Below are positions 1-7,262 of a stretch of 42,020 nt of DNA, one piece after another. Within the stretch, counting starts at the first letter, position 1; each line of letters starts with the position of its first letter. The notes under the pieces were generated by a model, which worked only from the letters and a program-made list of their open reading frames with translations, had not been told where the DNA came from and did no database searches. This DNA comes from a virus, in the IMG/VR virus record IMGVR_UViG_3300036852_000372, positions 1 through 42,020 of that record. One strand, given 5' to 3'. A program made the translations under genes and the position numbers.

Positions 1-127
1 CTGCTATTATCCAGCCATCCACACCAACCTATGCTTGGATCGGCTCAGGCCAGGATAACAGTGTTCAGTCCAATACGGTTAGCTGTTTAATCAACGGTGC
101 AACTATGACTTTCCAAATTGGAAATGG
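1..127. repeat. 127-bp terminal redundancy identical to 41894..42020 (assembly overlap of a circular or circularly permuted genome; unit length 41893 bp)
   Basis: Read directly: bases 1..127 (ctgctattatccagcc...ttggaaatgg) recur exactly at 41894..42020. The tail-fibre frame crosses the junction uninterrupted. Confidence 0.95.
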
Positions 128-209
128 AGCTCTCTGGACTAATGCGAATAACAAAGGTCTAGGAATAGTTGGATTTGCTCCCTCTGTAACTATTGTGTAC
201 GAAATGTAA
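1..209 (+). CDS. Tail fibre protein, C-terminal end (continuation of 40324..42020 across the circular junction)
   Basis: The frame entering from 41893 continues ...PAIIQPSTPTYAWIGSGQDNS...VTIVYEM and stops at TAA 207..209. The full protein is 592 aa on the 41893-bp circle. Confidence 0.85.
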   Translation, partial: AIIQPSTPTYAWIGSGQDNSVQSNTVSCLINGATMTFQIGNGALWTNANNKGLGIVGFAPSVTIVYEM

Positions 210-219
210 GGAGAAAAAG

Positions 220-444
220 ATGGAAGTAAAATTGACGGGGCCAAAGACTCTTGTTCTGCCTTCACCGGCAGTGGCGTATATTTTGGACAAATTGTCCGAG
301 TGTCCGTTCAAAGAGGTTAATCAGTTGATTAACGATATCTTTTCGCAGTTGAAATCACAGGAGATTAAAGATGAACCGAGTAATTCTGTTGATGGGTCTG
401 GCGAGCTTAACGGGATGCCAAGTTCTGGCCCCGCAGATCGATAA
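220..444 (+). CDS. Hypothetical small protein (74 aa) downstream of the tail fibre
   Basis: ATG 220 is preceded by AAGGAG (208..213). This is ORF-track 193..444 trimmed to that start. The 3' end overlaps the next gene by 74 nt. Confidence 0.5.
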   Translation: MEVKLTGPKTLVLPSPAVAYILDKLSECPFKEVNQLINDIFSQLKSQEIKDEPSNSVDGSGELNGMPSSGPADR

Positions 445-607
445 GGCCGCGAAGGCGGCAGGCAAAGCAGTGACTTTCTACTGCGAAAATGTCACGGTTC
501 CCGAAATCCGTGCCGAATTTCGTGCAAAGGTCAATGCGGCGGCTGCCCCCAACGCGATTGAAGTAACCTGCGCGAGTGGAGGTCCGTCTCTCAGGAGCGG
601 CGGCTGA
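371..607 (+). CDS. Predicted lipoprotein (78 aa)
   Basis: The N-terminus MNRVILLMGLASLTGC is a signal peptide plus lipobox L-T-G-C. It lies in the late/lysis-proximal region. A spanin or exclusion role is unproven. Confidence 0.65.
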   Translation: MNRVILLMGLASLTGCQVLAPQIDKAAKAAGKAVTFYCENVTVPEIRAEFRAKVNAAAAPNAIEVTCASGGPSLRSGG

Positions 608-608
608 T

Positions 609-785
609 ATGGAAAACCTTGATTTCTTTTCTATCTTGCAAGCTGGGGGTACCCCAGTCATGGGATTCGTTGGGTACTTCCTGTGGCGGCTGAGCCAGCA
701 GATGACTGAACTCAAGGTTTCCATTGACACCCTAGTTTCGACGCTCATCCGATTCGTCCCGGGGATTAAGGAGAATTCAAAATGA
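609..785 (+). CDS. Small single-pass membrane protein (58 aa), holin- or i-spanin-like candidate
   Basis: ATG 609 lies 2 nt after the stop of 371..607, with AGGAG upstream. Hydrophobic GGTPVMGFVGYFLWRL is followed by a charged helical tail. Confidence 0.5.
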   Translation: MENLDFFSILQAGGTPVMGFVGYFLWRLSQQMTELKVSIDTLVSTLIRFVPGIKENSK

Positions 786-1165
786 AGAAGTTTCTGTTCT
801 TATTGTTCATGCTGCCGGGGCTCGCCTCTGCGGCCAACATCACCCTCAATTGGTCTCTTCCTTCGCTAGCTGCGGACGGAACTGCGTTGACCGGAACTCA
901 GGCACTGACTTCAGTGCAGGTGTTCCTTTCGACGAGCCCCATTGCTGACTCCAGCACGATGGCGGCTACCGTGACATTGACCCCAGCAGCTTCGACGACT
1001 ACGCAGGTCTTTGCAGCTAGTGCGGGACAGACGATATATGGTCGTATCAAGGCATGCAATTCGGGAGGCTGTAGCGACTTTAGCGCGCAGGCTTCACGAT
1101 TAGTGCCAGTCGCTGTACCTGGAGTTCCCACCAGTGTGACTATCACTTTAACGATCACACCATAA
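782..1165 (+). CDS. Secreted protein with a fibronectin type III-like domain
   Basis: Signal peptide MKKFLFLLFMLPGLASA/AN. ITLNWSLP...DG... and ...YGRIKACNSGGCSDFS resemble FN3 strands. ATGA start/stop overlap with the previous gene. Confidence 0.6.
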   Translation: MKKFLFLLFMLPGLASAANITLNWSLPSLAADGTALTGTQALTSVQVFLSTSPIADSSTMAATVTLTPAASTTTQVFAASAGQTIYGRIKACNSGGCSDFSAQASRLVPVAVPGVPTSVTITLTITP

Positions 1166-1174
1166 ATCCCCGCA

Positions 1175-1193
1175 GCGACGGAAACGTCGCTTT
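1175..1193 (+). terminator. Small hairpin with a short T-run
   Basis: GCGACG-GAAA-CGTCGC followed by TTT. Confidence 0.4.
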
Positions 1194-1223
1194 AGGCCCT
1201 GTCGCCCGGCAGGGCCTCTTTTT
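1194..1223 (+). terminator. Rho-independent terminator
   Basis: AGGCCCTG (1194..1201) pairs with CAGGGCCT (1210..1217), followed by CTTTTT. It lies immediately upstream of the endolysin RBS. Confidence 0.75.
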
Positions 1224-1236
1224 CTGGAGGATGATC

Positions 1237-1611
1237 ATGCGGTACTTCAAAATCGAAGAATTCAATTGTCGCTGCTGCGGTCAGAATAAGATGGACGAGA
1301 ATTTTCTAGCTAGGCTGGATGACTTCCGCCATCTGATGGGTTTCGCCTTCCTAGTGAATTCTGGATACAGATGTTCCAAGCACAATCAGTCCATTTCAAC
1401 CACGGGCGAAAACGGACCCCACACTCTAGGTCGTGCGGTTGATCTTCGGTGCAGCCACGAACGGGCGCTGCGACTTGTTTCCCACGCCCGGCAATTTGGT
1501 TTCACCGGTGTTGGTCTTATGCAACATGGGGCGGTTGAGTCCAGATATATTCATCTTGATGATTTGCCCGGAAAGGTGGGTCAACCCAGACCCTCTATTT
1601 GGACCTATTGA
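1237..1611 (+). CDS. Peptidase M15-type (zinc D-Ala-D-Ala carboxypeptidase-like) endolysin
   Basis: NSGYRCSKHN...GPHTLGRAVDL...YIHLDD matches the His/Asp/His zinc-ligand pattern of the Peptidase_M15 / DUF882-like cell-wall peptidases. GGAGG at 1226..1230 favours ATG 1237; ATG 1231 is also in frame. Confidence 0.8.
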   Translation: MRYFKIEEFNCRCCGQNKMDENFLARLDDFRHLMGFAFLVNSGYRCSKHNQSISTTGENGPHTLGRAVDLRCSHERALRLVSHARQFGFTGVGLMQHGAVESRYIHLDDLPGKVGQPRPSIWTY

Positions 1612-1613
1612 TT

Positions 1614-1796
1614 TCACGTTCCCTCCAATACGACTAGCAGACTTGGGTCCACCGGCTCAGCCAGAAACTGCCCGGGGAAAGCCACGAAAATGAGTTGTTC
1701 TTGCACGGCCACGACAAACCCATTGTCGCAGCTTGGGTGGTGAGGGTCACCCTGTGCTTTCTTCGGCACTAACCTCACGTAATCCCCCTGTCGCAC
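1614..1796 (-). CDS. Hypothetical protein (60 aa), last gene of the leftward operon
   Basis: GTG start at 1796 with AAGGAGG 5 nt upstream. The stop lies only 2 nt from the convergent endolysin stop. Confidence 0.55.
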   Translation of the reverse strand: MRQGDYVRLVPKKAQGDPHHPSCDNGFVVAVQEQLIFVAFPGQFLAEPVDPSLLVVLEGT

Positions 1797-2016
1797 TTGG
1801 ACCTCCTTGGTGGAATGGTAGAAGGGCTAGATCGGCTGTAGGGATCCAGTAGGGGTAGACCGTAACATTTCGCATCATGGTTTCTACCCGTGTGCGAAGC
1901 CACCCGCTACTCCCCTCATATCCATCTGGAGTATTGCGGTATGCGAGGATGTAGCCGTTGGCGTCTTCATTTCTTCGTGTGGGTTGGTACCTCTTAGTCT
2001 CTCTTATCCCAGCCAT
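1747..2016 (-). CDS. Hypothetical protein (89 aa)
   Basis: ATG 2016 is preceded by AAGGGA. It overlaps the next gene by 50 nt. Confidence 0.5.
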   Translation of the reverse strand: MAGIRETKRYQPTRRNEDANGYILAYRNTPDGYEGSSGWLRTRVETMMRNVTVYPYWIPTADLALLPFHQGGPSATGGLREVSAEESTG

Positions 2017-2050
2017 CGCAATCCCTTGTTTTTGTTACGGTTTTTACCAT

Positions 2051-2065
2051 AACACTCGGAGTGTT
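2051..2065. promoter_or_regulatory. Perfect palindrome AACACTC-g-GAGTGTT (candidate operator)
   Basis: 7-bp arms, 35-50 nt upstream of the 2016 start. The AACACT/AGTGTT half-site also recurs in the 18845..18941 repeat array. Confidence 0.3.
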
Positions 2066-2145
2066 GGATTAACACCCCCTCCACCTGTGTATTGCCTAGG
2101 GGGAGATCGCCCGTCGAAGGCGATCGAGTAAGGCCAGTTTTGCGA

Positions 2146-2862
2146 TCAAAGCCTTGCAGCTAGCGCCTTGATGCGTGCTGTGGCCTCTTCTTGTTCTGAT
2201 AGCTGTCTGGTTAGCCTTATGATCAACTTGTTGGCTCCTTCTACAGCTAACTTCAAATTATCAATTACTAGCTTCGCTTCTCCGGGCAATACAGGGTCCA
2301 TTTGTACTTCTTGAGGTGATTCTACCACTGGAGAGTCAAGAGCTATATCTGCACTTGTAGCTCTGTAGTATCCCTTATTCAGGTTGGAAACCTTACCTGA
2401 AGCTTTCAACATGACCAATCGTTGGTGGATGCTTGTGCTGTTCACCCCCGGGTGATTCAAGCTTACCTTCATTTTCAGTGTTGTAAAGTCCACTTCATTT
2501 GGGTAGGCACCCTTGAGTACTGCCAAAATATCCTTTTCCATTCCGGCCCGGCTTGTTCGTGTTTTACGAGTATGGGCGAATTTGTCAGCTTCTGTGAAGC
2601 TGGTTCCTTCTCCGTTAACTCTAATCAAATCATTAACTGTTGGCATTTCTTTCACCAGCTTAGGTATTTCAAATAAAAACCCGGCGTTCTTTAGGTGCGC
2701 CTTGAAGTTTTTCATAGAGCGATGATCGCTGGGAGTCTTTGGGGCGACGGCCACCATTCGGCCTTCCTTATTGTAGAACTTCCAGTGACTATTGCGACTC
2801 AGCTCGTAGTGCCAGCCTTGTCGCTTGGCTAGGCGGCCTATTTCGTCTATTTCGTCTGCCAT
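2146..2862 (-). CDS. HicA-fold (YcfA-like) N-terminal domain fused to winged-helix-like and coiled-coil regions
   Basis: GWHYELSRNSHWKFYNKEGRMVAVAPKTPSDHRSMKNFKAHLKNAGF parallels the HicA pattern GW..(G)SH..F....V.V.....L..GTL..I.KQAG. The middle part, DILAVLK...SIHQRLVMLKASGKV, looks wHTH-like. Strong RBS TAGGAGG. Confidence 0.5.
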   Translation of the reverse strand: MADEIDEIGRLAKRQGWHYELSRNSHWKFYNKEGRMVAVAPKTPSDHRSMKNFKAHLKNAGFLFEIPKLVKEMPTVNDLIRVNGEGTSFTEADKFAHTRKTRTSRAGMEKDILAVLKGAYPNEVDFTTLKMKVSLNHPGVNSTSIHQRLVMLKASGKVSNLNKGYYRATSADIALDSPVVESPQEVQMDPVLPGEAKLVIDNLKLAVEGANKLIIRLTRQLSEQEEATARIKALAARL

Positions 2863-2998
2863 ACAACCTCCTAAAAGATGGCGCGGTGCCGATCACCTCC
2901 CCGCGCCGGTAGAGTCTAGGCTGGTTCCCCAACATTGCGGGAGTCTTGATGGCGTCGGGGGCACGCGTTCGGCTACGTGGTATGCTTACCATCAATTC

Positions 2999-3367
2999 TT
3001 ACGCCTTTCGTGCAGAACGTACTTTTCGCCTAGAAATTTCTTTGCCGCCAGCACTTTCTGCTCCATGGCTGGCGACCATGTTCCCATCTTTCTGCTCAAC
3101 CTTCCAGCCGGTAACGGCCTTGACGACTTCCTCAGCCGCCTTATCCATCGCCTTCTGAGTCTCCACCTCAATGTACTTATCCAAGAAGTGGCGAGCCTTT
3201 TCAAGGTCTTGAATTCCACCTTTACCCTTCCATCTTTCCACATATTTGGTGATTTGACCCTGGAAGTAATCGAGTCCCAATCGGGCCACACGGTCCCAAT
3301 GTTCCTCGCCTCCAACTTTGTAGTGGGCTCCACCGACTTGCCTATCATTCGCACCCATATTGGGCAC
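2999..3367 (-). CDS. DUF3310 (SaV-like) family protein
   Basis: QVGGAHYKVGGEEHWDRVARLGLDYFQGQITKYVERWKGKGGIQDLEKARHFL matches the GG.HY...W.....F..GN..KY..R...K....DL.KA..Y pattern. The start is GTG 3367, or ATG 3358 with GGGGTG upstream. Confidence 0.6.
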   Translation of the reverse strand: MPNMGANDRQVGGAHYKVGGEEHWDRVARLGLDYFQGQITKYVERWKGKGGIQDLEKARHFLDKYIEVETQKAMDKAAEEVVKAVTGWKVEQKDGNMVASHGAESAGGKEISRRKVRSARKA

Positions 3368-3382
3368 CCCTGTAGTATACGC

Positions 3383-3889
3383 TTAGAAATTACCCGGAGC
3401 CACTTGAAAACAAGTGTATCCAGCCCTGCGCCACGCATCAACTACGCGCTGGCGATCCTCGAAAATACACAAGACCTTCGCCTTAATGCCGAGCTCTTCT
3501 ACCCAGCGCAGCTTCAACACATCATCTTGTGTCCTGTCTTCAATGCCACGAAGCATTAATTTGTCATAGACTACTCCTTGTTCGTGAAGCCACTTTCTGG
3601 TGACGTCTCTTGTACTTTCGGACCTTCCACTGAGAATGTAAATCTTGTGCCATCGGGCGAGATCGTTACAGACTTTGATGATGTTGGGTTTAGGGAGATC
3701 GTTACCCGCCGCCGCGAAATAGCGATCCCAATCTCGTCTTTTTCCACATCTACAAATCCCTGCTTGGTGGTAAATTTCATCACACCCAATAGCGTGTAGA
3801 GGATGTAAATAGTGTGCTCTGTGTCCGTCATCTGCTAACGTCCCGTCGAGGTCGAAGATGCAGATTTCCTCTCCACCCATTCTAAGCAT
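3383..3889 (-). CDS. HAD-superfamily phosphatase (polynucleotide/nucleotide 3'- or 5'-phosphatase-like)
   Basis: HAD motif I is IFDLDGTLADD. ILSGR(S) is motif II-like and FEDRQRVVDAW is motif III/IV-like. RBS GGAG lies upstream of ATG 3889. Confidence 0.75.
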   Translation of the reverse strand: MLRMGGEEICIFDLDGTLADDGHRAHYLHPLHAIGCDEIYHQAGICRCGKRRDWDRYFAAAGNDLPKPNIIKVCNDLARWHKIYILSGRSESTRDVTRKWLHEQGVVYDKLMLRGIEDRTQDDVLKLRWVEELGIKAKVLCIFEDRQRVVDAWRRAGYTCFQVAPGNF

Positions 3890-4827
3890 GCCTTTCTCCA
3901 GTCAGTTGCCTGTATTTTATTGATAAAGTGCTCATTCTTACTGCCCCCGTCCTTCCGGTGGTACCATGCCAGATACATCGGCACCGCCACCTCGTTCATC
4001 CACCGGGTGCGGTACCGACTCCCGGTTGTGTGGACGAAGTCATAACAGTCCATGAGGAGATCCTTCATCTCCTCTTCCCCAAGAATTAGAAGTGGGTAGG
4101 GAGAAACGACTCCATCTCGGTAAGGGTCCACCGGAGACCTCGTATTGAGCATCTCCTTGATCTTGGGAAGCGCCGTGTAGACGTGTGCGTTATTGGACAT
4201 AACCATGTACGACCCCACCCCAAGACCTGCCCCGTGAGCGATCAATTCTTGAAGAAGAGTCATGTGAACCACATTAGCTCCGAGCATGCCCCAGATGATA
4301 TCGTTGCTTCGGTTGCACACGGTCATGTGAAGCGCATCGGATTCCACACGGAAGTAGATGTGAGTATTGCAAGGAAGATCCCGGTGTGGCTCCAGATCAA
4401 CTCGCGGGTCCCACATCCCCAGTACAGCTCTTCGGGTTGTCCGATCCTTCTTAAGTTGATCAGCAACTGCAACGATTTGATCCACGCCGTTAAAATGATT
4501 AATCCAGCGATGGCCGTAAGCCCCGTGGACAATACCGTCTGGCTCAGCATATTCGTGATACCTCTTGTTGAATTGTGCGATCCACTCCACTTTGTTTGAC
4601 CCACTCATCATCCAGATGAACTCCATCAGATGAAAGAATGGATTCGCATCGCGAATTGGGTCAAAGATCACCCGCTCCCTGGGATCGATGATCTCCAGGA
4701 AGAATGGGTCCAGGAAAGACAGGACTGGCCCATTCCTGCTCTCCTGTTCCTCCCCTTCCAAGCTCAACCGAATCATCACTTCTGGATAGATGCTTGGAAG
4801 ATTCTCCTCGGTCACCTCAATTGCCAT
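3835..4827 (-). CDS. Thymidylate synthase (ThyA) family enzyme; dUMP methylase or hydroxymethylase
   Basis: ThyA landmarks are EFIWMMSGS, YGHRW, DQI..V..QLKKD..TRRAVLGMWD, catalytic LPCNTH, CNRSNDIIWG, GAN (Asn retained, uracil-type) and NAHVY. Confidence 0.85.
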   Translation of the reverse strand: MAIEVTEENLPSIYPEVMIRLSLEGEEQESRNGPVLSFLDPFFLEIIDPRERVIFDPIRDANPFFHLMEFIWMMSGSNKVEWIAQFNKRYHEYAEPDGIVHGAYGHRWINHFNGVDQIVAVADQLKKDRTTRRAVLGMWDPRVDLEPHRDLPCNTHIYFRVESDALHMTVCNRSNDIIWGMLGANVVHMTLLQELIAHGAGLGVGSYMVMSNNAHVYTALPKIKEMLNTRSPVDPYRDGVVSPYPLLILGEEEMKDLLMDCYDFVHTTGSRYRTRWMNEVAVPMYLAWYHRKDGGSKNEHFINKIQATDWRKACLEWVERKSASSTSTGR

Positions 4828-4994
4828 TAGATTTTCTCCTCAAAGGCCTTAAAATCCTTTAATTTCTCCTTGAATAATGTAAGATCATATTGACTCACAG
4901 TGGATAACTTCTTCCACCCCCACCATGTCTTGATATAGACTTTATAGTAGAGATAATCCCTGTTGAAAACAGGTATGAATTTAAAGTCCTGCAT
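4827..4994 (-). CDS. Unlisted 55-aa ORF (MQDFKFIPVFNRDYLYYKVYIKTWWGWKK...FEEKI)
   Basis: Found by hand translation because it falls below the track cutoff. ATG 4994 has AAGAGG upstream. Its TAA shares one base with the ThyA-homologue ATG (TAATG), and it fills an otherwise empty 150-nt gap. Confidence 0.45.
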   Translation of the reverse strand: MQDFKFIPVFNRDYLYYKVYIKTWWGWKKLSTVSQYDLTLFKEKLKDFKAFEEKI

Positions 4995-5844
4995 AATTCC
5001 TCTTTGATTTTCCGGTACCTGTCGTCACCCGGCAGTATTTGTCAAATTCGCACAGACAGTTCTGGAGGTCCTGGTTGTCCACCGGAGTTACTCCCGGAGG
5101 CCAGTGCTGATCAACCCATGTGCGAAGGTTGTTGAAGTAATGCATGAAATTTGATTCTGTGACCCCCTTTGGTCCACCTGAAAAGATCCAACTTAATCCA
5201 CGGAGACTGCCCGGCCCCGGAGTGACGAAGAAGGGTTTGTCAAACGCCTTGCTCAAAGGGTGCCCCGGAGTGTTCTTTAAGTCAGCTACAATCTGCCCAG
5301 CCAGAAAACTTCCGACTCCCTCGATCTCCTGCAGAGCCTCGGCGGCTAGGGTGCAGCTACCGCCCCGGGCTGGGTGCCCCGGCCGCTCGAGGGCTCGGAA
5401 TGCAGCGCCGAGCACGTTATCACACAGGTACCGGGCCTTGGGCATAGGTATGCCATGAGTCGTGATAACGTAGGCTCCACCCCAGACTTTTAACCCGTCG
5501 GTCGCTCGCTGCTCGAGATACTCTAGCAGTTCGTCCGGATTATGATCTTCTAAGTACCCGCAATCTTCTAGAGTCGCTACATTATTAATGAAGCGACTAA
5601 AGATGATATTATACTCAAACATACGATCACCAACGCGACGTGAATAAAACGATCGAATCCATCGCGTAACTTTGTCGTCTTCCCGGTGTACGTTACAGAA
5701 GTACGTCTTCTGGAATATGGGGTCGGAAGTCCAAGGTTTATCACGATTAGCTTCCTTCTTTATCCGGATTGACTCCCGTTCTGCCACCCAATACATAAGC
5801 AGATCCTGCGGCGTATAATCTCTTCCATTGGCATGTATAATCAT
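4981..5844 (-). CDS. aGPT-Pplase / 5-HMUDK-helical-domain-like DNA base hypermodification protein (HhH glycosylase-related)
   Basis: YWVAERESIRIKKEANRDKPWTSDPIFQKTYFCNVHREDDKVTRWI, the HhH-like GVGSFLAGQIVADLK, and LCEFDKYCRVTTGTGKSKRNY. This is recalled family resemblance and was not searched. RBS GAGGA precedes ATG 5844. Confidence 0.6.
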   Translation of the reverse strand: MIIHANGRDYTPQDLLMYWVAERESIRIKKEANRDKPWTSDPIFQKTYFCNVHREDDKVTRWIRSFYSRRVGDRMFEYNIIFSRFINNVATLEDCGYLEDHNPDELLEYLEQRATDGLKVWGGAYVITTHGIPMPKARYLCDNVLGAAFRALERPGHPARGGSCTLAAEALQEIEGVGSFLAGQIVADLKNTPGHPLSKAFDKPFFVTPGPGSLRGLSWIFSGGPKGVTESNFMHYFNNLRTWVDQHWPPGVTPVDNQDLQNCLCEFDKYCRVTTGTGKSKRNYAGL

Positions 5845-6583
5845 AGCGTACCCCGTCCTCATTTGCTAGCCACTTATCTTTTGTATTCCGCGCGACGACC
5901 TTGACGTAATCAGGGAAGCGAGCAGATAGATACTCAACCGCCTTCGTTTGCATGTCGCTTGTGCGATAGATTGAGCAACCTCCCGGGGCTTGGCAAGGCC
6001 CATGGTCTTGGAAATGGGTTGTGATAATCTTGTTTCCCTGCCCACGTGCCAAGAGTGTACAATTGAGTACCACGTCAGCCAGAATTGGAAATTGATCCAC
6101 TTTAACTTTTCCAATTAACCTCCTGTTAATTCCTTGGATGCAGATAATTCTACCGTTGTCAACGTACGGGGGCTTCGTGTTCTGCCCCATCTGTCTGGGG
6201 TGGACTCCGACCAGTGCTGTGTCTTCGAGGAGCTCTTCCATGTAATCGAAGAGTACCCCAGTTTCTTCAACATCTTCGATAGTTCTAAGACTTGGTCTTC
6301 CATCGACGAGTACTCGTCTGGAAAAGACAAGATCATCGTCAAGAATGCAGGCTTTTTCATTTGTATCATAGCCCCCAAACGCAGATGGGAATCCGTCTAG
6401 GATGTATTGGAATTTTTCACTGTAGTTAGTAATTCGTTCTGGCACAGCATACGTTTGATGTACATGCTGTATAGCTTCTTCAGCTGGACAGACCAGCCAC
6501 GTTTTATCTTTCCACCGTTGGGGCAGACGCCCCAACGTATACTGTCTTCCGACGCGTCCACGAGTCATAATATACAGGTTCAT
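5747..6583 (-). CDS. GT-A-like nucleotide-sugar transferase fold candidate (function uncertain)
   Basis: ATG 6583 with GGAGG upstream; the track start at 6625 lies inside a terminator. The first strand is NLYIMTRGR and the acidic ILDDDLVF sits about 90 aa in, like a DxD motif. There is no Walker A motif. Confidence 0.4.
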   Translation of the reverse strand: MNLYIMTRGRVGRQYTLGRLPQRWKDKTWLVCPAEEAIQHVHQTYAVPERITNYSEKFQYILDGFPSAFGGYDTNEKACILDDDLVFSRRVLVDGRPSLRTIEDVEETGVLFDYMEELLEDTALVGVHPRQMGQNTKPPYVDNGRIICIQGINRRLIGKVKVDQFPILADVVLNCTLLARGQGNKIITTHFQDHGPCQAPGGCSIYRTSDMQTKAVEYLSARFPDYVKVVARNTKDKWLANEDGVRYDYTCQWKRLYAAGSAYVLGGRTGVNPDKEGS

Positions 6584-6592
6584 AACCCTCCT

Positions 6593-6618
6593 AAAAATCC
6601 GGGGCCGTGAGGCCCCGG
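6593..6618 (-). terminator. Rho-independent terminator (leftward)
   Basis: On the minus strand, CCGGGGCC-TCAC-GGCCCCGG is followed by ATTTTT. It lies between the stop of 6622..6813 and the RBS of 6583. Confidence 0.7.
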
Positions 6619-6621
6619 TCG

Positions 6622-6813
6622 TCAATATCGCCGGCCAGACCGGCGGACCTCGGCTCTCGCTAACATTTTCAGGAATTCATTCCTTGCATCATCTTTAGCA
6701 GTGCGTTCTGGGGGTGCCGTTCCAAGAGTATCTTTGATATTGAGTATATCGTAACCTTTGTAGTCACTACTCATTATCAGATCATCTTTGGATGGTGCAT
6801 CCCAGAAGCTCAC
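6622..6813 (-). CDS. Hypothetical protein (63 aa)
   Basis: ATGA start/stop coupling with the upstream gene. No recognisable motif. Confidence 0.6.
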   Translation of the reverse strand: MSFWDAPSKDDLIMSSDYKGYDILNIKDTLGTAPPERTAKDDARNEFLKMLARAEVRRSGRRY

Positions 6814-7061
6814 CCGAAAGGGCGGGCCAGAACGGTCACCTCGTCTAAGTTGACATCTTCCGGTACCTTCTTGATCGCCATGCGCTCGGCCGCAGCCTTG
6901 TCCTTCGCGAGCACCGACTGAATCGGTACGACGATCGACTCTTTCTTTTCTTCACTCTTGTGAAGTACAGCAATTTCAAACAACATCGTCTGTTCTCCTA
7001 TAGTTTCATCAAATATCTTCCAACCAATCTTCTGTCCTCTGTATGGAGGTGCGGGAATCAT
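6810..7061 (-). CDS. Hypothetical protein (83 aa)
   Basis: Strong RBS TGGAGGAG upstream of ATG 7061. Confidence 0.65.
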   Translation of the reverse strand: MIPAPPYRGQKIGWKIFDETIGEQTMLFEIAVLHKSEEKKESIVVPIQSVLAKDKAAAERMAIKKVPEDVNLDEVTVLARPFG

Positions 7062-7091
7062 CTAACTCCTCCAATTTGTTTCGAAGACTTC

Positions 7092-7113
7092 AAGACCCCC
7101 TTTCGGGGGTCTT
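7092..7113 (-). other. Intergenic 9-bp-stem hairpin (AAGACCCCC/GGGGGTCTT) without a clear U-tract
   Basis: Seen in the 200-nt gap between 7263 and 7061. It could be a processing or stabilising element or a weak terminator. Confidence 0.3.
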
Positions 7114-7262
7114 TGCAGGTAGCTGCCGACATCTTGTTTCTACCTAACTCAAATACCTGTGTCGGCTTCGGAAGCCTCGTTATCCACTTTCATGTACTCA
7201 TAGGCTCAAAGAGGTTTCCCCTTCCGATCCGAAGACCCAGCGGGGTGTGGACCCTCAATTCC

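Noticed and set aside
220-785. Rz/Rz1-type embedded spanin pair (lipoprotein gene overlapping the upstream ORF)
   Set aside because: The upstream ORF (220..444) has no N-terminal transmembrane segment, so it does not look like an i-spanin. The lipoprotein is not Pro-rich like typical o-spanins. I kept both as generic lysis-region candidates.
2825-3559. 244-aa plus-strand ORF
   Set aside because: It is antisense to the DUF3310 and HAD genes, which have clear family motifs and RBSs. It has no motif or RBS of its own.
6584-6625. Track start of the GT-A-like ORF at 6625
   Set aside because: The extra 14 codons run through the terminator hairpin and its T-run. ATG 6583 has a GGAGG RBS.
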